Below are positions 1-10,595 of a stretch of DNA of 64,000 bases, piece by piece (within the stretch, counting starts at the first letter, position 1; each line of letters opens with the position of its first letter). Both the position numbers and the translations under genes were made by a program. The stretch covers positions 1 through 64,000 of the forward strand of contig JAEOTS010000116.1 in assembly GCA_016839745.1 (NCBI GenBank), given 5' to 3'. Under the pieces are notes generated by a model. It was not told where the DNA came from, ran no database searches, and worked only from the letters and a program-made list of their open reading frames with translations. The stretch comes from Promethearchaeota archaeon. GTDB lineage: Archaea > Asgardarchaeota > Lokiarchaeia > Sigyniarchaeales > SOKP01.

Positions 1-125
1 AAAAAAAGGTGAGTAATAATTTTAATAGTTCTTATTAATTAATAAATAATTTTCATTAATGAAATGCGACAAAAATGGCATAGTTTTTATCTGTTAAAAT
101 TTAAAATAATCAACTGGAGATATTT

Positions 126-329
126 TTAGTAAACGTAAGAAAAGCTTACAATCACTAAGAGTAAAAGTGCAAAAAGATTAAAGAGAAAGCTATATTTACC
201 CAGTTTTGGTAATTTTTCGTCGGTTGGTCTATTATTGTTTCTTTTACTAGAAGTTATATCCATAATCAGTACAAAAAATGAAGCCATAAAAAGCCCAAAA
301 ACCAGCACCAACAAAATAAATGCAAACAT
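126..329 (-). CDS. small two-TM membrane protein, hypothetical
   Basis: 67-aa ORF with two hydrophobic segments, co-oriented downstream of purC. Confidence 0.55.
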   Translation of the reverse strand: MFAFILLVLVFGLFMASFFVLIMDITSSKRNNNRPTDEKLPKLGKYSFLFNLFALLLLVIVSFSYVY

Positions 330-374
330 TATAAAAAAATACTATTGAATCTTATTTAAATCTTTTCCAATTAG

Positions 375-1352
375 TTATAGGTAGTTAGCTTTTTTTAAAT
401 TATTAGCTATTCTTTCTTTTACATCTGAAACTTCAGGCTTAAATTTAAAACCTGTAATTTTTTGATAGCTCTTCATATATCTTTTTGCGAGTTCAATCTT
501 AATCTCTGAGGATATTGGAGGGATCTCTTGGCTTGGTGCGATGTTTGGGAATATATTGGGATAAGTGTCCATTAACCAACCTCGAAAAATCTCTTTGTCT
601 AAAATTTCAGGTTCCTCCCCTTTTGTGAATCTTTCGTTATAACTTTCAGAAATCCAAAATCTAGAAGAATCTTGAGTGTGTATCTCGTCAGTTACTAGTA
701 ACTCTCCATCCTTCATTCCAAACTCGTATTTAGTATCTACTAATATCAGGTCATTTTTGTAACAATAATCTTGGGCGAATTTGAATAATTTATAGGAAGC
801 CTCTTCAATTTGCTCGTAAATCTCTTTATCTACCATCTTATCTTTTAAGATTTTTTCCCTAGAGATATAAATATCGTGTCCACTCTCCGCTTTAGTGGAA
901 GGAGTCAAAATAATATCATCTAATCTCTGATTTTTATGCAATCCTTTAGGTAAAATAATACCTGAAGTAGCCTCCCCTTTGGTGTAAGCTCTCCAAGCAG
1001 ATCCCGTTATGTATGCTCTTACAATCATTTCAACTGGAATCATTTCACACTGGTGAACCACAGCAACATTAGGATCTGGAATACTAATAATGTGATTTTT
1101 CACTAAGTGTTTAGTTTTTTCAAACCAGAAAGAAGAAATTTGATTTAACATTTGACCTTTAAATGGGATTGTTGTAATTACGCGGTCAAAAGCAGATAAC
1201 CGATCTGTAGCGATTATGATTCTAATATCATCTTTTATGTAATTGTCTCGTACTTTTCCTTGATAAAATTCACCTAATGACAAAAAATTAGTGCTATCTA
1301 AAGTTTTTTCAAATTGTTGTTTAATTATTTCATTTAAATTTTCTGATTCCAT
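375..1352 (-). CDS. purC: phosphoribosylaminoimidazole-succinocarboxamide (SAICAR) synthase
   Basis: Motifs GKVRDNY, TDRLSAFD, IPFKG, TPSTKA, LVDTKYEFG, DEIHTQDSSRFW, LDKE. Confidence 0.96.
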   Translation of the reverse strand: MESENLNEIIKQQFEKTLDSTNFLSLGEFYQGKVRDNYIKDDIRIIIATDRLSAFDRVITTIPFKGQMLNQISSFWFEKTKHLVKNHIISIPDPNVAVVHQCEMIPVEMIVRAYITGSAWRAYTKGEATSGIILPKGLHKNQRLDDIILTPSTKAESGHDIYISREKILKDKMVDKEIYEQIEEASYKLFKFAQDYCYKNDLILVDTKYEFGMKDGELLVTDEIHTQDSSRFWISESYNERFTKGEEPEILDKEIFRGWLMDTYPNIFPNIAPSQEIPPISSEIKIELAKRYMKSYQKITGFKFKPEVSDVKERIANNLKKANYL

Positions 1353-1443
1353 GGTTATAATTAAGAGGAAAAAGCATAAAAACTCTTATTGTCTGTTTTA
1401 TCCAGTACTTATTAACCCAAGAATAATTAGAAAATTACAAAAA

Positions 1444-1812
1444 TTATAGTTTTTGATAAGATCCGTTATTAAATTCCTCTAAGGAATACTTATCTTTATT
1501 TTTTTCCATCTTTTTAGTAAATGCACTGGTCAAATCTAGATTTATGCTATTTACAAGGCTGACTAGATATATAAAAACATCGGCTATCTCATCAGAGATA
1601 TTTTCTAAAAGATCATAGTCACTGTTAATAGTTTTAAGTGAGATATCCTTAAATAAAAAAATTTCAGATAATTCGGATACTTCTATTCCCAACGCTTGAA
1701 TTAAGTTCTGGGGAGTATGGAATTTCGTCCAGTTTCGATCTCTAACAAATTTTTGCACTTCTTTTTTAAAAAAAGAAACAGAGGTATTATTATCATCTGG
1801 GATAGGATTCAT
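1444..1812 (-). CDS. MazG-like all-alpha NTP pyrophosphohydrolase (dCTPase-like)
   Basis: RNWTKFHTPQNL..EVSELSE..DEIADV..KMEKNKDKY pattern. Confidence 0.88.
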   Translation of the reverse strand: MNPIPDDNNTSVSFFKKEVQKFVRDRNWTKFHTPQNLIQALGIEVSELSEIFLFKDISLKTINSDYDLLENISDEIADVFIYLVSLVNSINLDLTSAFTKKMEKNKDKYSLEEFNNGSYQKL

Positions 1813-1854
1813 AAATAAACATAAACTCGAATAGTAATAAAATATTATGGTATA

Positions 1855-2691
1855 TTACTCAAGTTTTTTTATAAAATCACATATTAACTCGTTAATTATT
1901 TCTTTCCGTTGCGCAGGTGCGAAATGTCCCGCCATATCTAATACTTCCAGGCGAGAATTTGGAATTTTTTTATGAAGTTCTTCTGACATTTGTTCTGGAG
2001 CGAAATTATCTAATCGCCCAGCAATAATTAGGGTGGGGCAATTAATTCCGGAGGGGTCATATTCATTAATTTCATTAATCATACTAAAGATCTGATCTTC
2101 AATAAGCATATATAACTCGTCTTTCGTTAATTTCATGCCATTTAAAGAATCTGCTAACGAAATTAGAATATATGGAATAATTTTATCCAAGATATCCTCA
2201 ACAGAATTGGCAACCACATCTAAAAAATTTATGCGGATAAAATATGGAAGTAAATTGTAAAAAATATTTCTAATTACATTATCAATCATTATATACCCTG
2301 AATTAAGCAAAATGAGGAACTTGACATTATCCGGGTGAGTTAAACTGATTAGTTGCCCAATCATACCACCAACTAAAGAATGACCGATAATTCCATATTT
2401 TTCGTCTACACCTAAATGAGTTAACAAGTCTTCAAGATCTCTTATGATATCGTACCGTAAGTTCTTATCAAGACTTAATTTTATAGGTTGATCACTTTTA
2501 CCATGCCCTAATGCATCGAAAGCAATGATACGATAGGATTTTTTCAACATTTTTATTTGTCCTTTAAAAAATGAAGCTGAGGAGGCGAAACCATGAAGTA
2601 AGATAATAGTACCCTCTGTCTGATCCTTAATCTCACCATTGATGTCTTCGTAATACAGATTGTATCCTTCTTGGCTTCTAAAGAAGGGCAT
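1855..2691 (-). CDS. alpha/beta hydrolase
   Basis: LLHGF, DALGHGKSD, GHSLVGG elbow, PTLIIAGRLD, AGHF. Confidence 0.88.
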   Translation of the reverse strand: MPFFRSQEGYNLYYEDINGEIKDQTEGTIILLHGFASSASFFKGQIKMLKKSYRIIAFDALGHGKSDQPIKLSLDKNLRYDIIRDLEDLLTHLGVDEKYGIIGHSLVGGMIGQLISLTHPDNVKFLILLNSGYIMIDNVIRNIFYNLLPYFIRINFLDVVANSVEDILDKIIPYILISLADSLNGMKLTKDELYMLIEDQIFSMINEINEYDPSGINCPTLIIAGRLDNFAPEQMSEELHKKIPNSRLEVLDMAGHFAPAQRKEIINELICDFIKKLE

Positions 2692-2892
2692 GATATCATA
2701 AATTTATTTCTTGGGTTTAAATTTTTGAATATAAGAGTCAAGAAATACTTTTCTAAAATGAACATCATTTAGAATTCGGATTTAAATCTGAAAATATTAT
2801 ACAAATTAAAAATTGAAAAGTAAAATTAACTGAATTATTTTCATTTAAATTGCTGGCTTTAAAAAAGAAGTCTTTCTAATTTTAAAAAAATA

Positions 2893-4350
2893 TTATAAGT
2901 TTTTCGTTACACGCTTTTTAAGATATACATCAAGCATGGCAGGCATAAATATTCTCTTTAAAGTTTTGTAAACTTTTGCATTTCCTGGATTTGGATCTTT
3001 TACATCTACAAATCTTACCATTCTCTCAATAGCACTTTCAATACTACTATATTTTTTACACCCATAAAAACCTAGTATAGCTGCACCCATAGCTGCGCCA
3101 TCTTTGATTTCTGGCACGAAAACTTTTCTTGATAGGATATCAGCAAAGATTTGTACCCACAGTTCACTATTCATTGCTCCACCATCCACTCTCACTTCTG
3201 CTGTTTTCACTCTCGCCATTCCTTCTACTAATCCTAAATACATATTAGCACTTAATGCAGCAGATTCCATAATCGCTCTTGCCATATGACCTCTATTGTG
3301 ATTCCATCCTAAACCATGAATAGTACCCTTTCGAAATATATATAATGGAAGAAACAATAATCCTTCGCTTCCAGGGGGAATTTTTGCTGCTTCTGTCGTT
3401 AAAATATCATAAACATTAAGATTTTTTTCTTCACTTTCTTTTACTTGTAATTGTGAAAAATTTTCCCTAAACCACTTAAAAGCAGTTCCCGTTCCGGGAA
3501 TTATACCTTCTATGTTCCACTTATCTTTTATAACAGAAGGCCATGAGAAAATTGGGAAATCTCCCGCTGGATCTATAGGTCTATCTACAACAATATCTAC
3601 AAATGTACCAGTACCGGTCGTCACTTTTACTTGTCCCTCATTTATAACTCCTAAACCTAATGCTGAACATTGTTGATCTCCACCACCTAAAACAACAGGA
3701 ATATTTCTTTTTAAACCTAGAGAATCGGCAGATGTGCTGAGTAATTCACCAATTACATCTCCAGGTGTATAAAGTTCTGGCCATAAATCTAATGGTAAAC
3801 CATATGCTTCTGCAAGCTCATCATCCCACTTTAGAGTAGATCTACTTAAAATCCCCATAATTCCATTTTGGGGATCAGTTGCGCATATCCCACATAATTT
3901 CATATAGATATAAGTATCAGCATTTATTATTTTTGCAGCTCTACTAAATAATTCAGGCCTATTTTTTTTAATCCATAATATTTTAGGGATTGCTCTTCTT
4001 AAATCCGTCTCTTTTTGCCATTCTTTACCACTAGATTCTTCTCTTTCATCCATCCATGTTAAAGCAGGGTGTAAAACATTTCCTTCCTTATCAATAATTG
4101 TAGTCGTACCACGAAGGAATGAAGCCGAAATCCCTATCACATCATCTGGATTAACTTTTTTCATAACCCTATTACAAGTGTTTTTAATAGCATTCCACCA
4201 AATTTGTGGATCTTGCTCCGAAATACCAACTGGTTGGTTAACTATGGGATACTCCTCATAAGCTTTAGCAATTTCATTCCCATTAATATCAAATATAATC
4301 GAGCGAGCACCAGTTGTTCCCACATCGAAAACACATATTTTATCACTCAT
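2893..4350 (-). CDS. FGGY-family carbohydrate kinase
   Basis: DVGTTGAR, EQDP..WW, WMDER, GGGDQQ, TGTG, DGGAMNS..WVQIFAD. Confidence 0.92.
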   Translation of the reverse strand: MSDKICVFDVGTTGARSIIFDINGNEIAKAYEEYPIVNQPVGISEQDPQIWWNAIKNTCNRVMKKVNPDDVIGISASFLRGTTTIIDKEGNVLHPALTWMDEREESSGKEWQKETDLRRAIPKILWIKKNRPELFSRAAKIINADTYIYMKLCGICATDPQNGIMGILSRSTLKWDDELAEAYGLPLDLWPELYTPGDVIGELLSTSADSLGLKRNIPVVLGGGDQQCSALGLGVINEGQVKVTTGTGTFVDIVVDRPIDPAGDFPIFSWPSVIKDKWNIEGIIPGTGTAFKWFRENFSQLQVKESEEKNLNVYDILTTEAAKIPPGSEGLLFLPLYIFRKGTIHGLGWNHNRGHMARAIMESAALSANMYLGLVEGMARVKTAEVRVDGGAMNSELWVQIFADILSRKVFVPEIKDGAAMGAAILGFYGCKKYSSIESAIERMVRFVDVKDPNPGNAKVYKTLKRIFMPAMLDVYLKKRVTKNL

Positions 4351-4403
4351 ATAATCACTTTTTAATATTTTTTAACTAAATTTATTAAATTTATCATTCA
4401 ATT

Positions 4404-5672
4404 TTAGAGTGTCTTATTTAATATTTCAGACACATCCATTATTTTAATCTTTTCTTTTTCTTCTTCTTTCAGGCCATAACCTAATCCTAATTCGCATAGA
4501 GGGCACGCTGACACAAAAAGCTCTGCCCCTGTTTCTTTTAATTCATCTACTCTAATTGTAGCTTCTTTAATAGCCAATTCCCTGTCAGCCCAATGAGCTG
4601 TCCCGCTCCATCCACAACAATGAACATATTCCTTATTATAGATCGGCTCAACAATTTCTAAACCTTGAATTTTACTAAGGATGTCCCTAATAGACGAAGT
4701 ATCGTTCAGATTTCTTGCGATAAGACAAGGATCGTGAATGGTTACTTTTTTCAATTCATTAGGTACACTTTTAGTAGGTATAATTTTTCCTTCATCTAAT
4801 AATTGTGCTATGTATTCTACAATGTGGATTATTTTTTTTTCAATCTTGATTCCTAAGCTTTCGTATCTCTTCGTTACCGTTAGGATACACCCAGGACAAT
4901 CCGATATGACAATTTTAGCTCCAGTAGATTCAATTAATTCTTTATTTTTTACTGCGAAGTCTTTAGCAGTTTGTAAATCTCTAATATTAAATGAAGGTCC
5001 CCCACAACATATTTTTTTATCCAGATTTGTTGAAAATTTTACTCCAGCTTTCTTTAATATCCCAATATTTGCTTTTATTACTTCTGGGAATTTCATTGAC
5101 TCGCAGCCAAGATAATAGAATACTTCATCATTTCCATCTGTTTCAATATTTTCAATCTCATTTTCTTTATATGTTTCATAGATATTGTATCCCTCAATCG
5201 TATTTGATTCCTTCAATTTTTTGATTTGTTCTTTACAATAATCTGGCATTAAACCCTTTTCATTTAACTCATCTCTTACCGTTTCCAAAAGCGATACAAC
5301 AGAAAAATCGAAAGGACACCAAATCTTACACGATTCCTCATTTGTACATTTATACATTAGATCAATAAAATCCTTATTTTCTTCCTTATAAGGATCAATT
5401 TTCCCAATAGATAAATAATACCCTATTTTTGACTTATAACCAGGGCTCATTGATTCTTTTTGTGCTGCTTGTAATGTTCCACAATCAAACCGGCAAAGAT
5501 TTGGGCAAAGCGCACAATTTATCAAATTATCAATATCTGCTTTATGATCTCCTTCCGGAAAGAAATTCTTTTTTACGCGACTTATATTTTTAATGACTTT
5601 TCTCTTTACTTCTTTTTCAACCTTGTTAAGTTCTTCAATGAACCATCTATATTTATCTAAGAATTCTTGCAT
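4404..5672 (-). CDS. Fe-S oxidoreductase with CCG domains (GlpC/HdrD-like)
   Basis: N-terminal CALCPNLCRFDC and CTNEESCKIWCP; two CCG domains (ICCGG..DCPGC; HDPC..CCGW..SACPLC). Confidence 0.85.
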   Translation of the reverse strand: MQEFLDKYRWFIEELNKVEKEVKRKVIKNISRVKKNFFPEGDHKADIDNLINCALCPNLCRFDCGTLQAAQKESMSPGYKSKIGYYLSIGKIDPYKEENKDFIDLMYKCTNEESCKIWCPFDFSVVSLLETVRDELNEKGLMPDYCKEQIKKLKESNTIEGYNIYETYKENEIENIETDGNDEVFYYLGCESMKFPEVIKANIGILKKAGVKFSTNLDKKICCGGPSFNIRDLQTAKDFAVKNKELIESTGAKIVISDCPGCILTVTKRYESLGIKIEKKIIHIVEYIAQLLDEGKIIPTKSVPNELKKVTIHDPCLIARNLNDTSSIRDILSKIQGLEIVEPIYNKEYVHCCGWSGTAHWADRELAIKEATIRVDELKETGAELFVSACPLCELGLGYGLKEEEKEKIKIMDVSEILNKTL

Positions 5673-7160
5673 CTAATTAATACCCTCCTTCCAAATATTT
5701 TCGTAAACTTTGCCGGGATTTAGGATGTTTCGAGGATCCAAAATCTTCTTGAACTCTTTCATGATTTTCATACTCTTACCCCATTCTACTCCCATCCATC
5801 TTGCTCGATTTATTCCAATACCATGATGGTGAGCTATCGATCCACCAGAAGCCACAACTGCTTCCATTGTTGCATTCCAAACCTTTTGATAAAAATCGAA
5901 ATTAGTATCTTCTCCAGTTTCAACTCCTCCAAACGAAAAGTACATTCCCACTCCATTTGGATAGAAATGCGAAACATGTGCTGTAAATAATATAACTCCT
6001 TTAACCTTTTTAACGAAATCTAATACGTGATGATACATTATTGCTGCGTTTTCCCATGAAGAAGCTACTTCAATTGTATCAAAAGTAATCTGCATTTTTG
6101 GAGTTGTGCTTGTCTCAGTAACTCGAAATCTAGTTTCAAACCAATGTTCAACTGGATGAACACCACAATCGACTCCTGAATTCTGTTCGCATTTTTCTCT
6201 CGTAATTTCCTCTTCGAGATTGACAAGTCGTTCATTACCTTCACATACAAAAACTACCATAACTTTATCCTTAGCTTTTTCCACGTCCAAAAAATGTCTT
6301 TTAGTTTCATCTTTATCATAAATCCTAACAACAGCAGGATAAATTTGTTCTCGCAAAATTTGCCTAACAGCTTCTAAAGCATCTTCAAAGGTATTAAACG
6401 CATATGATATTAATGCTCGTTTCTCTGGATACGGCCAAATTCTTAGGGTAACTTCAGTCACTATTCCTAAAGTCCCCTCATTCCCTATAAATAACTTATC
6501 TAGTTGAGGACCCGTTGCTTTTCTAACAATTGGGTTAAAATTAATTATATCTCCTTGAGGTAAAATTATTTCCATTCCTAGTATGATATCTTCAATTTTA
6601 CCGTATTTCGTTGAAAATTGCCCCGCTGCTCTATGTGCAGTCCATCCTCCCACAGAAGACATTTGAACAGATTGAGGAATATTTCCACAGGTAAATCCTT
6701 TATTATTTAAGATACGTTCCAAATTCATACCGTTAATTCCAGATTGAACGGTTACTGTTAGATCTTTTTTATTCAATTTTAGGATCTGATTGAATTTCTT
6801 CATATCAATAATGATTCCGCCCCTAATAGGAATTGCGCCTCCGACTACTCCAGAACCCTCAGCATAAGGTATAACTGGGATTCCCTCCGAATTTGCCAAT
6901 TGTAAAATTTCTACAATTTGGTTTTTGTTTTCCGGCCATGTAATGAAATCAGCAAGAGCAGCAATCTTTCCTTCTAATGTCCAATTATATCCAATCATTG
7001 TAGAATCTTTTGTATATGCAAAGATATCAATCTCGCTGTTAGAAAAATTCTTCTCTCCAAGAATTTCGCCTAATTTCGCCTTAATCTTTTGTTTATCCTT
7101 AATTTCAGAGCGATTATTTTTGTAAATTAATTCAAAATCTTTAAAATCCATCAATATCAA
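5673..7160 (-). CDS. FAD-binding oxidoreductase, alkyl-DHAP-synthase (ADAS)-like
   Basis: FAD_binding_4 core (GSGVVGG, SSVGGW, YGKIED, GNEGTLGIVTE) and C-terminal GGSIAHHHGIG, DPRNILNPGK. Confidence 0.85.
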   Translation of the reverse strand: MILMDFKDFELIYKNNRSEIKDKQKIKAKLGEILGEKNFSNSEIDIFAYTKDSTMIGYNWTLEGKIAALADFITWPENKNQIVEILQLANSEGIPVIPYAEGSGVVGGAIPIRGGIIIDMKKFNQILKLNKKDLTVTVQSGINGMNLERILNNKGFTCGNIPQSVQMSSVGGWTAHRAAGQFSTKYGKIEDIILGMEIILPQGDIINFNPIVRKATGPQLDKLFIGNEGTLGIVTEVTLRIWPYPEKRALISYAFNTFEDALEAVRQILREQIYPAVVRIYDKDETKRHFLDVEKAKDKVMVVFVCEGNERLVNLEEEITREKCEQNSGVDCGVHPVEHWFETRFRVTETSTTPKMQITFDTIEVASSWENAAIMYHHVLDFVKKVKGVILFTAHVSHFYPNGVGMYFSFGGVETGEDTNFDFYQKVWNATMEAVVASGGSIAHHHGIGINRARWMGVEWGKSMKIMKEFKKILDPRNILNPGKVYENIWKEGIN

Positions 7161-7264
7161 TAGTTTCTTTTATTTACTATGATAATGATTAGAATTAATT
7201 TAAAATTTCTACTTTCAAATTAACCTTTAAAGCCTTGAAAATTTATGGAATAAAAAAGATTAGT

Positions 7265-8746
7265 TTAATACATTATTTCTCCCGTAAGCTTGTTCACTTT
7301 TAAGTGTCTGAACCTAGCATGAGTTTTATTTAACTCTGGACTCGCAGATATCTTTTCTGCTACTTCTGGTGGAAATAAATAGTTTGCCATTTTGATAATC
7401 AATTGTGGAGTCTCAATACAATTAAATAGTTTTAAGATCTCATATGAGTAGATTAGTTCAGAGATTAAATCAAAATTAGTATCTTCTGAAATTTCAAGTA
7501 GTTCCAAATTCCTGTAAATTTTAGAGATAGTGCTTTCTAACAAATCGTAATCTTTTAATTTGCTTAAAGTATTTCTCATATAATTACAAAATACTACATA
7601 ATAAGTCGCTTCTGAAGAAACAAAGCCGTCTCTATATTGTTTTATTCCTTCTGGTGCTATTCTTTGCTCCAATTCTTCTAATATTGCGTAAATATTATCC
7701 TCTACATTTCTAGCACGAATCAGATTATATATTTTTAAAATTACAACTAATTGGGATGTTTCTAAGTTCTTCAGATATGTGGTTTCAAAAAACTTAGGAT
7801 CGGTTTCGATTAATCTATTAATTTGATCATCTGTAAGCCATAATTTCATATAAAATGTAGCTTTTAGAAGATAATACACTCCATCAGTAGCTTGTACTAA
7901 AGGTGCTTCAAACTCATCGATCCCTTCCTCATATAAATCTAATAAGAAACTCTTAACTTTAGCATCATCCAACTTTATGTTCAATGCGTCTGCTAAGTAT
8001 AACCCACAATAATAGAGATCAGGATTTTTTAATGTAACCAAGGGAATAGTTATTAACCATTCGTTTATATTGTCCGAAATAAAATTCTTTATATGAGCAA
8101 AATCAAATTTTTCTTCTAAATGAAAAATATTAATTATACGATAAATAAGATATAAGAGCTGTAGTTTTTCTTTTGGATCTGGTAGATCCTCTAGCATCTC
8201 AATTTTTTCTTTATTTAATACTAATTTTTTTTCAAATTTCTTATGTATTTGAATATATTTCTTTAAATTTTCTTTTTTTTCTGGATATTTATCAATTAGA
8301 TCCTTTAAGTTTTTCAATTCTACAATAAATTCTAAGCTCAAAAAATTAGTTGCTTTCAAGTTTAGCATAATACGATTAACATTATCTATATCAACTAAAT
8401 AAGCTACTACTTTCTCAAGAAAAATCTCATATAGTATTGGAGCTATTTTTAAATCATAAATTTGATGTATCGTACATTTTTTATCAATATCGTCGAGATT
8501 AAGGTTAACAAAAGGATCTAAAAATATATATTCTAACCTCTCTCTTTCAAATCCAAGAGCAACTAATTCAGATTTAATAAATTCTAAAAGTTTAGCAAAT
8601 TGGCTATTAAAGTTATCGGTTTCATTGTTATTTTTATTCGTAAACTTATTAATTCTATCGTGAAAAAATTGATCTAATCGATTAAATAAAATGTCTTCAT
8701 TGTCTAAGTATAAGCTAGAAATATTCAATAATCCTTGAAATATCAT
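7265..8746 (-). CDS. hypothetical helical protein, possibly with degenerate prenyltransferase/squalene-oxidase repeats
   Basis: 493-aa ORF; recurring DLYYCG, ATDGVYY, GIKQYRDGFVSSEATYY segments. Confidence 0.5.
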   Translation of the reverse strand: MIFQGLLNISSLYLDNEDILFNRLDQFFHDRINKFTNKNNNETDNFNSQFAKLLEFIKSELVALGFERERLEYIFLDPFVNLNLDDIDKKCTIHQIYDLKIAPILYEIFLEKVVAYLVDIDNVNRIMLNLKATNFLSLEFIVELKNLKDLIDKYPEKKENLKKYIQIHKKFEKKLVLNKEKIEMLEDLPDPKEKLQLLYLIYRIINIFHLEEKFDFAHIKNFISDNINEWLITIPLVTLKNPDLYYCGLYLADALNIKLDDAKVKSFLLDLYEEGIDEFEAPLVQATDGVYYLLKATFYMKLWLTDDQINRLIETDPKFFETTYLKNLETSQLVVILKIYNLIRARNVEDNIYAILEELEQRIAPEGIKQYRDGFVSSEATYYVVFCNYMRNTLSKLKDYDLLESTISKIYRNLELLEISEDTNFDLISELIYSYEILKLFNCIETPQLIIKMANYLFPPEVAEKISASPELNKTHARFRHLKVNKLTGEIMY

Positions 8747-9125
8747 TTAGAGCTACGCCAATTTTTATTTTAATTAAATACTCTGATTGTAGCAATATTC
8801 TTTAAACTTTATATGTGAGAATAAAAATTAATACTTTTTTATTCAAACTTATAGTATAATGAAAATATTTGCAGATTATTATTTAATTGGGCGGTTATGT
8901 TTAAGTATGAAATTTATCAAAATATAATCTAAAATGATAATAGCTTCTTAGTGTCTTTAATGTAAGATTTATAATCTTAACTCGTAATAAAAAAGCTTCA
9001 ATAAAAATAAAGATTTAACCATTTGAATTTTTAACTTAATGGATACTTAAAATTTGAAACAATTACTTCATAAAATTAAAATTAAAAAAAAAATTATTTT
9101 ATATAAGATAATTTTTAAGGCAAAG

Positions 9126-10562
9126 ATGAAAAATATGACATCAAATATATTTGGTACTTCAGGTATAAGAAAAGTGTTCCAAAATTATAGTGAAACAGAT
9201 CTCATGTTTACACCACAAATGGCTTTAGATGTGGGATTAGCGTTGGGTACATACTTAAAAGGTACAGGTATCGTAGTTATCGGGAAGGATATTAGAACCT
9301 CTGCTTTACCAATAGAATATTCATTAATTTCTGGGATTTTAAGTACGGGATGTAACGTGAAAACATTAGGAATTGTAACCACACCCACATTAGCAATGTC
9401 TCAACGATTTTTAGATGCGAATGCTGGAGTTATGATTACCGCATCCCATAATACTCCCGAATATATTGGATTAAAATTTTGGAATCCTTCAGGTATAGGT
9501 TATTCCTATGAACAAGAAGAAGAAATTTCGCGAATATATGACGAGAAGAATTTTCTTGATATCAAATGGGATCAAATTGGAAAAGTTACTCAGGTTAATG
9601 AAATTAACGATAAACACATTTTAGATATAACGAATCGTATAAAATTTGATGGAAGTAAACTTAATGTTATAGTTGACCCCGGAAACGGAGCGGGATGTGA
9701 AATCGTCCCAAGACTTTTAAGTGTTTATAATATAAATATTATTACAATCAATGCTCAAATGGATGGTAAATTCCCTGGAAGAAATTCAGAACCCAGTGAA
9801 AAAAATTTAATTCAGATTTCCAAATTTTTAAAAATATCAACACAAGAAGATATTGGAATAGCGCTAGATGGGGATGCTGATAGAGTTATTTTTTTAGATG
9901 AAACTGGTGAAATTGTCGATCCAATTAGGTTATTAGCCCTTTTGGCGAAATATTATATACAAAATAATAAAAATAAAATTTCTAAGAATGATATGAAAGT
10001 TTCTACCCCTGTAAACTCATCTAGTTTAATTGAGGATGTGTTACAACCATTAGGTTGCGAAGTAATAAGAACTAAAGTCGGAGATATCCAAGTAGCTGAA
10101 GCTTTACATGAGAATGGGGGATTTTTGGGTGGAGAGACCTCAGGTACTTATATTTGGCCCAGCTTCCATTTAGGACCAGATTCAATTGTCACAATCGGAA
10201 TAGTATTGCAAATGATGGTCAAAACAGGAAAAACATTAATAGAACTATTGAAAGAAATTCCAAAATATCCCTATTACCGTCAGCAATTTCAGCTTATAAA
10301 AGATATTCCCTTTACTGAGGAAATAAACCAAAAAATTATTACTGAAATGAAAGAGAGCTTCGATTCTATCGGAAAAAAATTAAAATCTACTAATAAAATG
10401 GATGGTTGTAGATTCGATTACGATACGGGATGGATTTTAATAAGACGTTCGGGAACAAGCCCTTACTTAAGAATTTCCGGTGAATCCAGTATCGATATAA
10501 ATCAATCAATTGAAATGAATAAAATAGCAGAAGATAAAATGAAAAAATTAAATTTAATATGA
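9126..10562 (+). CDS. glmM: alpha-D-phosphohexomutase (phosphoglucosamine mutase / PMM-PGM)
   Basis: FGTSGIR, ITASHN catalytic Ser, DGDADR, GGETSG, RRSGT. Start moved to ATG 9126 (or 9135). The glmM call rests on adjacency to glmS. Confidence 0.8.
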   Translation: MKNMTSNIFGTSGIRKVFQNYSETDLMFTPQMALDVGLALGTYLKGTGIVVIGKDIRTSALPIEYSLISGILSTGCNVKTLGIVTTPTLAMSQRFLDANAGVMITASHNTPEYIGLKFWNPSGIGYSYEQEEEISRIYDEKNFLDIKWDQIGKVTQVNEINDKHILDITNRIKFDGSKLNVIVDPGNGAGCEIVPRLLSVYNINIITINAQMDGKFPGRNSEPSEKNLIQISKFLKISTQEDIGIALDGDADRVIFLDETGEIVDPIRLLALLAKYYIQNNKNKISKNDMKVSTPVNSSSLIEDVLQPLGCEVIRTKVGDIQVAEALHENGGFLGGETSGTYIWPSFHLGPDSIVTIGIVLQMMVKTGKTLIELLKEIPKYPYYRQQFQLIKDIPFTEEINQKIITEMKESFDSIGKKLKSTNKMDGCRFDYDTGWILIRRSGTSPYLRISGESSIDINQSIEMNKIAEDKMKKLNLI

Positions 10563-10595
10563 AGTTTTTGTTAGTATTAATTTTTTTGTTCGAAG

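Noticed and set aside
9054-9125. TTG-started K/I-rich N-terminal extension of the phosphohexomutase
   Set aside because: This is AT-rich promoter-like sequence; family similarity begins at FGTSG, just after ATG 9126/9135.
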